Assembly: GCF_002113885.1 (NCBI RefSeq)
Contig: NW_018408902.1
Coordinates: 2,069,485-2,133,484, forward strand
Source of the DNA: Mizuhopecten yessoensis
Taxonomy: Eukaryota
Length of the DNA: 64,000 bases
Reading direction: 5' to 3'
The position numbers were made by a program, and so were the translations under genes. The number at the start of each line of letters is the position of its first letter. Within the stretch, counting starts at the first letter, position 1. Below the pieces are notes generated by a model. The model did no database searches and was not told the origin of the DNA. It saw only the letters and a list, made by a program, of their open reading frames with translations. Shown here one piece after another: positions 40,301 through 51,300 of this stretch.

Positions 40301-41896
40301 AGTCACTTGCATCATTTCTTAATTGGCAAAAAATAATATTTAATTTTTGTGGGCTACAATTTTTAAAAGTATCAGAAATAGCTTCAATAGGATTAGCTAT
40401 AGTATTTTTAAGATTCTTTTTGAAGGAACTTAGGCTAACTGACCTGGTCAGCGAAGGATCAAGACTATTCCATGCCTGTATGGTACTAGGAAAGAAGCTT
40501 GTCTTATAAATATTAGTTCTTGACCTTTGGATATTGAAAAATCTGTGGTGACGCAAGTAATGAATATTTTTCTGCTGATTAATGAATGGTTAAATGATAT
40601 TAAACAAATAATCAGGGGTTAAATTATTTATAATTTGATACATTAAAATTAATTTGTGCTTATTACGCCTAGATTCTAACTTTTCCATGCCAGTTTCCTG
40701 ATATAGTTTATAATGTGAAGTACCACTTCTTAAACCAGTTATAATCTTCATTGCATCAATCTGTACAGATTCTAATAAATTTGATTCGCCAATAGTGCAA
40801 TTGTCCCAAATGGGAAATCAGAATATTCCAAAACTGGTCTAACAAATGAATAGTATAATGTTTCAAGAGTTTTCCTCTCCTCTTTATGTTTCAACATAGG
40901 TAACAAATTCAGCCGTTTGCATGCGTTATTGTATATATCATTAAAATGATCCCCCCATGTGCCTTTTGAATTAAATATGAGTCATAAGTGTTTATGGAAT
41001 TCATTTTTTTGAATTACTTGATTATCAAATATCAACGGAGGGTGGAACCTATTTTTCTTACTTACGGTTATTGCAACTGTTTTATTAGGATTAACATTCA
41101 TTTTCCTTTTTTTAGCCAGAGTATTAATAGATTCAAGGTCGTCATTTACTCAGCAGTTGGTGTTATTTTCATTTCAGTAAATTTTATTGAAAAATCAAAA
41201 GGATTGGACAACAGGCTATGCCTATATAAGTCCTCTCCTAGCCAGAATTACAAACAAATATAAACTATATATAGAAAGAAAGAGAGAGAAAGGTTACATG
41301 AAGTAGTTACAGAAATAGTGATGCAAGGGGAGAAACTCCCACAGAAGTTCTAATTAAATAAATAAATAAATAAGCCTCATCTATTGAGACCAAGGGTCCC
41401 CCAGTGTTAGACAGCAAAAGATCCACAGGCTTCTAGGGATTCTGACCATACACAGTCCTTAGCCATACACTGGCTTAGGTCATTCACCCCAGCAGACCTT
41501 GGATTCTCGCCATGCAAAACTAGGAGATTTTTTGTAATAAATGTATATAGTTAAAATATTTTCAGCAGAAGCCATAATTTTTTTCATCATCATCCAACCA
41601 CCTACATTCATCAATTTATTTTATAAATTTATAAAGTAAGAATTATTTTTTGATAGAAAGACTTGTTAGCAAGATGAATTTTGTTGATGTTACAATATCA
41701 TCATCAACAATAACATAGAGAGAGATATCATCAGCAAATAATTTTATACTGGTATTAATTTCATGAGTTAAATCATGAATAAAAAGTAAGAATAAAAAGG
41801 ATTCAAGTACAGAGCCTTGTGGTACACCAGCAGTTATATGTTTAAATGTAGAATTATAACCATTAAAGATATCTCTTTGTTTTCTGTCAGTAAGAT
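37332..41896 (-). mobile_element. 5'-truncated CR1-group LINE with nested insertions and a 49-bp flanking direct repeat
   Basis: Minus strand gives NGYNSTFKHITAGVPQGSVL...IKLFADDISLY, FVRPVLEYS and a C-terminal ACGSPAENTDHYIFTCPNY motif. The 3' tail with GAAAT repeats lies at 37332-37410. Confidence 0.85.
37553..39783 (-). mobile_element. Stacked HINE-like elements with about 120-bp internal repeats, inserted in the LINE 3' UTR
   Basis: Terminal palindromes GTACCCAAAACGAAGTTTGGGTAC and GTCCCCCAAACATGGTTTGGGGAC, a (TTC)n microsatellite at 38425-38457, repeated CTGATTGGTCGAAATTT units, and an ACTTGTT end. Confidence 0.65.
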
Positions 41897-42349
41897 AACA
41901 TTAAATCTACTCGGCATTTTCATTATTTAACCTGTCAACAACATTAAACCTGACAGGATGGCCTAAATTTTAAACTTTGCATGTCGCCATTGACTCACCA
42001 ATGTGTATACCTATTAAACTTGTTATCTGGGTGTTCATATTAATGCGTCAACAATATATCCACTTGATTGGCAACAATAAACCCGACAATTGACCTATCA
42101 TTAAATCCGTTTGGGTGTCCGCATCGAGGACATTAGGGGGTCCACAATAAATCCTCAAGGTAATAGACATTGAACCGTCCTCAGTTCTGTTTGTGTGTGC
42201 ACATTAAGGTTGTTGTAGTAGACGCTTTAAATATGAAAGGTTTAACAATGAATCCACCATGGTATCGCCAAGGACTTCCTTTCAACATACTCTTTAGATG
42301 TTCCTATTAAACAAATTACGACTGAGACTTTCAAGCTACTCCGCCATGC

Positions 42350-45300
42350 TAAACAACTCTTGTCCTCAGTCTTAACGATACAACTCTTGTCCTCGGTCTT
42401 ATCTATACAACTCCTGCCCTCAGTCTTCACTATACAACTCTTGTCCTCAGTCTTAACTGTACAACTCTTGCCCTCAGTCTTAACTGTACAACTCTTGTTC
42501 TCAGTCTTAACTATACAACTCTTGTCCTCAGTCTTAACTGTAAAACTCTTGCCCTCAGTCTTAACTATACACCTCTTGTCCTCAGTCTTTACTGTACAAC
42601 TCTTGCCCTCAGTCGTAACTGTACAACTCTTGTTCTCAGTCTTAACTATACAACTCTTGTCCTCAGTCTTAACTTTACAACTCTTGTCCTCAGTCTATAC
42701 AACTCTTGTCCTCAGACTTAACTTATACGACTCTTGTCCTCAGTCTTACCTATACACCTCTTGTCCTCAGTCTGTACTGTCCAACTCTTGCCCTCAGTCG
42801 TAACTGTACAACTCTTGGTCGCAGTCTTAACTATACAACTCTTGTACTCAGTCTTAACTATACAACTCCTGCCCTCAGTCTTCACTATACAACTCTTGTC
42901 CTCGGTCTTAACTATACAGCTCTTGTGCTCAGTCTTAACTATACAACTCTTGTACTCAGTCTACACTATATACCTCTTTCCGTCAGTCTTTACTGTACAA
43001 CTCTTGTCCTCAGTTTTCACCATACACCTCGTGTCGTCAGTCTTCACTATACAACTCTTGTCCTCGGTCTTAACTATACAACTCTTGTACTCAGTCTTAA
43101 CTATACACTACAACTCTTGCCCTCAGTCGTAACTGTACAACTCTTGGTCGCAGTCTTAACTATACAACTCTTATCCTCAGTCTTCACTATACAACTCTTA
43201 TCCTCAGTCTTAACTATACGACTCTTGTCCTGAGTCTTCACTATACAACTCTTGTCCTCGGTCTTAACTATACAACTCTTGTACTCAGTCTTAACTATAC
43301 ACCTTTTGTCCTCAGGCTTAACTGTACAACTCTTGTCCTCAGTTTTCACCATACACCTCGTGTCGTCAGTCTTCACTATACAACTCTTGTCCTCGGTCTT
43401 AACTGTAAAACTCTTGCCCTCTGTCTTAACTATACACCTCTTGCCCTCAGTCTTAACTATACACCACTTGTCCTCAGTCTTAACTATGGAGGTCTTGTCC
43501 GCAGTCTTAACTATACACCTTTTGGGCTCAGTCTTAACTGTACAACTCTTGCCCTCAGTCTTGACTATACAACTCTTGTCCTCAGACTTAACCATACACC
43601 TCTTGTCCTCAGTCTGTACTGTCCAACTCTTGCCCTCAGTCGTAACTGTACAACTCTTGTCCTCAGTCTATACAACTCTTGTCCTCAGACTTAACTTATA
43701 CGACTCTTGCCCTCAGTCTTAACTGTACAACTCTTGTGCTCAGTCTTAACTATACAACTCCTGCCCTCAGTCTTCACTATACAGCTTTTGTCCACAGTCT
43801 TCACTATACACCTCTCGTCCTCAGTCTTAACTGTAAACCTCTTGCCCTCAGTCTTAACTATACACCTCCTGTCCTCAGTCTTAACTATACAGCTCTTGTC
43901 CTCAGTCTTAACTATACACCTTTTGTCCTCAGTCTTAACTGTACAACTCTTGTCCTCAGTTTTCACCATACACCTCTTGTCCTCAGTCTTCACTATACAA
44001 CTCTTGTCCTTAGTCTTAACTATACAGCTCTTTTCCTCCGTCTTCACTATACAAATCTTGTCCTCAGTCTTAACTGTAAAACTCTTGCCCTCAGTCTTCA
44101 CTATCCAACTCTTGTCCTCAGTTTTCACCATACACCTCTTGTTTGTCCTCGGTCTTAACTATACAGCTCTTGTGCTCAGTCTTAACTATACTCCTCTTGT
44201 CCTCAGTCTACACTATATACCTCTTATCCTCAGTCTTCACTAAACACCTCTTGTCCTCAGTCTTAACTATACAACTCTTGTCCTCAGTCTACACTATATA
44301 CCTCTTTCCGTCAGTCTTTACTGTACAACTCTTGCCCTCAGTCTTAACTATACACCTCTTTCCCTCAGTCTTTACTATACAACTCTTGCCCTCAGTCTTC
44401 ACTATACACCTCTTGTCCTCAGTCTTTACTGTACAACTCTTGTCCTCAGTCTTAACTATACAACTCTTGTCCTCAGTCTTAACTGTAAAAATCTTGCCCT
44501 AAGTCTTAACTATACAAATCTTGTCCTCAGTCTCAACTATACAACTCTTATCCTCAGTCTTAACTGTACAAATCTTGCCCTCAGTCTTTACTATACATCT
44601 CTTGTCCTCAGTCTTCACTATTCAACTCTTGTCCTCAGACTTAACTTATACGACTGTTGTCCTCAGTCTTACCTATACAACTCTTGTCGTCAGTCTTCAC
44701 TATATACCTCTTGTCCTCAGCCTTCAATATACAACTCTTGTACTCAGTCTTCACTATTCAGCTTTTGTCCACAGTCTTCACTATACTCCTCTTGTCCTCA
44801 CTCTTTACTGTACAACTCTTGTCCTCAGTCTTAACTATACAACTCTTGTCCTCAGCCTTCACTATACAACTCTTGTACTCAGTCTTCACTATACAACTCT
44901 TGTCCTCAGTCTTCACTATACAACTCTTGCCCTCAGTCTTGACTATACAGCTCTTGTCCTCAGTCTTCACTATACAACTCTTGTCCTCAGTCTTCACTAT
45001 ACAACTCTTGCCCTCAGTCTTGACTATACAGCTCTTGTCCTCAGTCTTAACTATACACCTCTTGTCCTCAGTCTTAACTGTACAACTCTTGTCCTCAGTT
45101 TTCACTAAACAACTCTTGTCCTCAGCCTTCACTATACAACTCTTGTCCTCAGTCTTAACTGTACAACTCTTGTCCTCAGTCTTAACTATACAACTCTTGT
45201 CCTCAGTCTTAACTATACAACTCTTGTCCTCAGTCTTAACTAAACAACTCTTGTCCTCAGTCTTAACTATACAACTCTTGTCCTCAGTCTTCACTATACA

Positions 45301-45490
45301 ACTCTTGTCCTCAGTCTTCACTATACAACTCTTGTCCTCAGTCTTCACTATACACCTCTTTCCCTCAGTCTTAACTGTACAACTCTTGCCCTCAGTCTTG
45401 ACTGTACAACTCCTGCCCTCAGTCTTTATTGTAAAACTCTTGCCCTCAGTCTTCACTTTACGAATCTTGCCCTCAGATTTAACTATTCAT
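42350..45490. repeat. 27-bp minisatellite (TCTTGTCCTCAGTCTTAACTATACAAC), more than 100 copies
   Basis: Direct tandem repetition. It explains all the SSVLTIQLL / VKTEDKSCI pseudo-ORFs. Confidence 0.95.
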
Positions 45491-45615
45491 CTCTGTCTTC
45501 AGTCCAGCAAAGACACTTCTTTCCATCCACTATACATTGCTCTTAACCATAGTACTTCTTCTCCCCGACCTAGTGTACACCATGCCTAAGAACTATATAC
45601 AGCCATCAAATCAGC

Positions 45616-45827
45616 CTTCTACCTATTTATCTTAATATATTAAAAGAACGTTGCAATTTGAAAATTTCAGCAATAAAGAATGGTGGCAAAAAAAAAAAAT
45701 CTGTCTGTAGCGACAAGTTGAACCTGGCACAAGTAACCAACATGGGAGAAGACTTCAAATTATAAGGCTGAAGCCTATTGTCTAATCCTTTTGTTTTTGA
45801 AACAATAAAATATCTTGAACTGAAAGT
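45616..45827 (+). mobile_element. Severely 5'-truncated CR1-type 3' tail insertion
   Basis: GGGAGAAGACTT...AGCCTATTGTCTAATCCTTTTG...CAATAAAA, the same terminus as at 37370 and 41200. Flanking duplication AGCCATCAAATCAGC / AACCATCAAGTCAGC. Confidence 0.6.
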
Positions 45828-46068
45828 AACCATCAAGTCAGCTCAAAAATAAGTATCCCCTGAGGTTAAATCACACACTACATTGGTACCTCATTGTACG
45901 TAGCTTCTTGTATTCAACTCACTCTATAAAACATAAATTTTACAATTTATCTACACCTGATCTGTGAAGATTTATGTTAGAACTCCAGACACAAGTCAGC
46001 TAGGCACACTTGACACACCTAATCTAAATCTATTCCGTACTATTTTTAACATCAAATGTCATACTTAA

Positions 46069-46713
46069 GGATCCCTGTCCCACTGCACTGTGGTTTTTGT
46101 CTCGCCGCCATGATGTAGTGAAAGTGAAATTAAGGTGTTGCTTTTTCGGCAACGGCGGCGGCATCAACATTAAGTTTTTGTGTTTAAGTTAGTTTCAAGT
46201 ATAAGTGCTAGACAAACCAAACTTGGACCATAAATGCATCTTAGGTAGTACATCTCAACCCATGCATCAAATGATAGATGCTCCCTACCTTTCATGGTCC
46301 ATTGACTTTGTCAGCATCTCCATCAACATTAAGTTTTTGCGTTTAAGTTAGTTTCTCTGATACTCTAAGTGCTTACAACTTAACTTGACATGTGCATTGA
46401 TGGTCAAAGCGGGGCAAAGGCAAGACATATCAATCCAAATGGCTTGTTCCTATACAGTAACCTCCCCTTAAATTTCGTTATAATTTACCTATAGCACAGC
46501 TGGTCCAGGGCACTACCATTGCGCTAGTTTAACGATCTGAAGTCCAGTGTTAAAACCCCAGTCAAGCCCCCCGGGGATTTTTTTTCAACGGAGAGCACTA
46601 TTGTTAATTTAATTTTTCCACATAGAAGTCCTGCAAGGTATGGTTTTCTTATCAGAAATGATTTATTAAAGCTATAGTGAGATCTGTATATTTTGGCAGT
46701 GGTACGGGGATCC
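46069..46713. mobile_element. Kolobok-like non-autonomous element (TTAA TSD) containing a nested HINE fragment; a related right end lies at about 59170-59390
   Basis: TIRs GGATCCCTGTCCCACTGC / GCAGTGGTACGGGGATCC, flanked by TTAA at 46065-46068 and 46714-46717. Confidence 0.7.
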
Positions 46714-46946
46714 TTAATGAGGTAACTTCTGATAATCATTATCCAAACTAAATACCACATGTACAATGTACCTATAACTAATGTATACTACCAGGTAGAA
46801 ACATGACTGTTGTACCTTCACAACCTTAAGAAAAAATGAGATCTATTTTTTGATATTGAATATGCCAACATTCTCTTCCAATATCATGCACTGTTTACAA
46901 GAAAAGACATTGCTTTAAAATAAATATTTAATGTGTTATTATTGAT

Positions 46947-47525
46947 ACAACTAGAAATTTGTTTTGGTGAACAAAAACTGTGAGTGAGTATGTATCCTCT
47001 AATTAGCCAATAACTGTGCATCTAAAATTTGCCTAAATATCTTTGATTATTAAAAGATCTGCCTACCAATGAATCATAAAATGCTATAAAAAAGTTATGA
47101 TGTGAAAAGTCTATTACCTTAAAAGCTTTTTGGCACTTACTAGACCTTTGACCTTGAGTTCAAGGTCACAGTGTACTAATGAGTGCACTGCACATTGCTT
47201 GTGGGTGATGCAGATATGCTGCAAGATTTGTCAAGATATTTTTAATGTTTTTAAAGCTACATTCCATCCCAGACAAGATATGTTCCTGGGAATTTTGCAG
47301 TAATTTTACCTTTGACCTTGAGATCAAGGTTAAAGTGACCAATTGACAGTGCACTGCACATGATATGTGGATCACACAGGAATACTACAAGTTTCATCTA
47401 GATACCATTACTGGTTTTAAATTTATTGCCCTGACAAGAAAGAAAATATTACAAGAAGCAGAAGAAGAACCAGTACTATAACAGTATGTCTCCCTTCATT
47501 CAAATTAAGGCAACGACTTAATTAA
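46947..47525 (+). mobile_element. HINE-like element
   Basis: ACAACTAG start, repeated GACCTTTGACCTTGAG..CAAGGT motifs, and a GAA-rich tract before the 3' end. Confidence 0.45.
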
Positions 47526-48325
47526 AATATAAATACACCTGATCAAAACAACAGATTTATAAATAGATTAACACAACAGAAAATTACAACAGAATGAAGC
47601 AACTGACAAAAATGACAAATAAATACAAAACAAAAATTCAACAGATAAACAACAGATTAAAAACAAACAAAATATTAAGTCAACAGATAAATAATACAAT
47701 CTATCAAGATGCAAAATATCAGGTAAATTGAAGGCCCCAATGAAACTGGCGATCATGACATGGACAATACAAAATAGCTATTTTGTATCAAATTGGCTTT
47801 CATATCACAACCATATAGATTAAAGAAACAAAACAAATTTAAAACCAGAACAAATACAAAAGTATACAAAACAAAGCGAGAAATGTATGAAATCAGATCA
47901 AAGGGAGAAGTGTACAAAAAACAAAGTAAATAAAAGGTGACAAGGGTACAATACTGAATAGCTATACAATGTATTACTCTGTAAATGAAGAAAATGTGTT
48001 AAACATTTACATACTGGGTACTTACAACTAAATCTTTGCATAGATTGTCTGACATATTGTTAATGAATGTTTAGACCATTAATTAAGGCAACAAAACAAT
48101 TGTCTGTTTATAACAAAAAATGTATAGATGAGTACTTGTTAAAGAATTAAAACTGAAAGTTTTTCTCCCATTAATTACAACAGGTTTATCACTCCCAGCC
48201 AATGGTTTAATCATTTTTACAACAGTAAAATTATCCCAGTTGAAATTGCCATTTCACAATTAGTATAAACAAGTATAACTTTGGTTTAATAATGCTGTTT
48301 TACATGACCTACGTACAGGATTAAC

Positions 48326-51300
48326 TCAGAATTTGTTTCCTGTCATAGCCAATAACCACTTAGGTATGTATATAAACCCAGGTGTTAGCCTCCCTATCCA
48401 CTGTGTCTTTGGTGAGAGCATCATGGCTTGCTTCAGGTTCCTCATTGAGACCTTCTGCCGACCTGAAATATATTAATACAATAAGCAAATAGTGGTCTAC
48501 CTAATGAGCTGAAACCTACAGCCCTTATGCCAGGAGCTCTATTTATTCAAAAGTTTTTCAAAAGGTGATTAGCTTAAGCATTGTTTAATGACAATTTTCA
48601 ACCTCTAAAATTTGGTAAAATTTAAAAAAAAAAAAAAAAAGAGGTAAAAACTTGTAATTTTGCAGGTATTTACTCTTCTGTTATATTTGCTATCTGGAAA
48701 ATTTTAACTAATAAATGAGTGTGTTCTTAATTAGAGTCTACCTGATGAGCTGAAACCTACAGCCAGGAGCTCTATTTTTTCAAGCAGGGCCCAGTTTTTC
48801 AAAAGGTGATTAGCTTAATCATTGTTTAATGACAATTTTCAACCTCTAAAATTTGGTCAATGTACAAGGTAAAAACTTATCTGGAAAGTTTTAACTAATA
48901 AATCATTGTGTTCTAAAGATTGATACACAAAAAGTAGAATTTGTGCTAATCACTGACTAAACTTATCATCTTTTGAACAACTGGACCCAGGTTAGTGACA
49001 TGTAGCAAAATGGACGGTTACAAATATTAGGATGTAACAAGAAACAGGAAAATTACAACCAGGTTAAGTATTGTGAACAAATCATATTCGCACTGAGCAA
49101 AGGGTCATAACTCAATATTTATTTGGCCTCAAGACGTGATTTAAGTAAGAAAATTCCCCATTTCCAATAGGTACTCACATACAATAACTGGCAATTAAAT
49201 GATAGGGGACAGAGTATATGAGATTTGCCCAAGACATAATTATTTCACCATCCAAAGAGTTACAAAAAGGTATTGCATACACAAATTTGCGATTGTATAT
49301 ATTATGACAATGTCATATATGCTTTGAACAAAGGGACATTATACCATAGAGTTGGACAGGAGAACTGTTTGCACTTTCTTACACTCCAATACCACAACAG
49401 GTACTTACATAAAAAAAATGGCAAATGAAGTGACAGATTATATGAGACATGCTACAGACAAAGTATTGCATGACATGGACAGATAGATCAAGTCAGATAG
49501 CAAACCTACTGTTCACTCTGGTAGTCAACGTTGTGGAATTCATTATCAGCATAGTTACAAATAAAAGAAGGCAAATAGCAACATTATAATAACAAGAAAC
49601 ATGATAATGAGCAAGCAATTTTATAGGATATGACTTTCAGCTGAATTACACATAAAATGTTTAACATATAGTACATACCATCAATGTCCTTGAAGCCATA
49701 CTCATATCCAAGGTCAGCTGACATCTGGATCTTACCTGTCTTCTTCATGATATTGGGATCTATCACACACAAAGTCATCAGTAGGTACATTATGATGTAT
49801 AATGTAACAATGGGATCTATTACACACACAGTCATCAGTAGGTACATTATGATGTATAGTGTAACAATGGGATCTATTACACACAAAGTCATCAGTAGGT
49901 ACAGTATGATGTATAATGTAACAATGGGATCTATTACACACAAAGTCATCAGTAGGTACATTATGATGTAAAATGTAACAATGGGATCTATTACACACAA
50001 AGTCCTCAGTAGGTACATTATGATGTATAATGTAACAATGGGATCTATCACACACAAAGTCATCAGTAGGTACATTATGATGTGTAATGTAACAATGGAG
50101 TCTATTACACACAAAGTCATCAGTAGTTACATTATGATTTATAATGTAACAATGGGATCTATTACACACAAAGTCCTCAGTAGGTACATTATGATGTATA
50201 ATGTAACAATGGGATCTATCACACACAAAGTCATCAGTAGGTACATTATGATGTATAATATAACAATGGGATCTATTACACACACAGTCATCAGTAGGTA
50301 CATTATGATGTATAATGTAGCAATGGAGTCTATTACACACAAAGTCATCAGTAGGTACATTATGATTTTAGCACACTGACTTCTTTGGGCCCCGCCCTAC
50401 AGCCCTTAGGGGTAGGGCTGACTCAAAGTATCAAACTGTCAACTCAGGGTTATAATTCCAATCAAGTTATCAACATGTAATATCCAAAGTATCATTTGCC
50501 AATNCCCCCCCCCCCCCTTCCCCAGGGGTAAACGTGAGACCCTAGGGTCATGAAATTCACAATTTTGGTAAAGCACCTTAAGACTCTTAAAGAGTATTTG
50601 ATTCTATCATATCTGGGTCTTGAGAAGAAGATTTTGAAATTTCAGTCAATTTGACCCTTTTTGGACCCACCCATCAGCCCCTGGGGGTCAGTCAGGGTCA
50701 TGAAATTCACAATTTTGGTAAAGCACCTTAAGACCCTTCCATCTATGAAGAGTATTTGATTCTACCATATCTTGGTCTTGAGTAGAAGATTTTTGAGATT
50801 TCAGTCAATTTGACCCTTTTTGGCCCCACCCATCAGCCCCCGGGGGTCAGTCAGGGCTGATATGTGCATACCATCAAACTGCTATCCAATACTGATAACC
50901 CAAATTGAAATTTTAGTCAATTTGACCCTTTTTGGCCCCGCCACTCAGGCACCTGGGGGCTGGGGACCATATAATTCTCAATTTTGGTTGTCCTTTGGCC
51001 ATGGAAGGTTTCTGCAAAATTTCATTGAAATTGGTTCAGGGGTTTTGGAGAAGAAGTCGAAAATGTAAATTGTTTAGGGACACCCGACACGACGAACGAC
51101 GCCAGACAAAAGGAGATCACAACAGGTCACTTGAGACTTTGTCTCAGGTGACCTAAAAACCAAAATCTTCTAGAATCAAGGCTTTATCACTGCATAAAAT
51201 ATGAGATGTTTTATGCATATTATCTGAGAGAACCACTTTGAAACTCGGGATAGTCATATTTTGTTACTAGTTTTAATAATCATGAAAATTTCACTGAATT

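Noticed and set aside
42360-45589. Long ORFs (up to 310 aa) of SSVLTIQLL / VKTEDKSCI repeats
   Set aside because: These are translations of a 27-bp minisatellite that is open in several frames on both strands and broken by indels. There is no gene structure.
48735-48775. CTGATGAGCTGAAAC as a hammerhead ribozyme core
   Set aside because: No stem I or stem III with a properly placed NUH site can be built. The duplicate at about 48500 reads CTAATGA.
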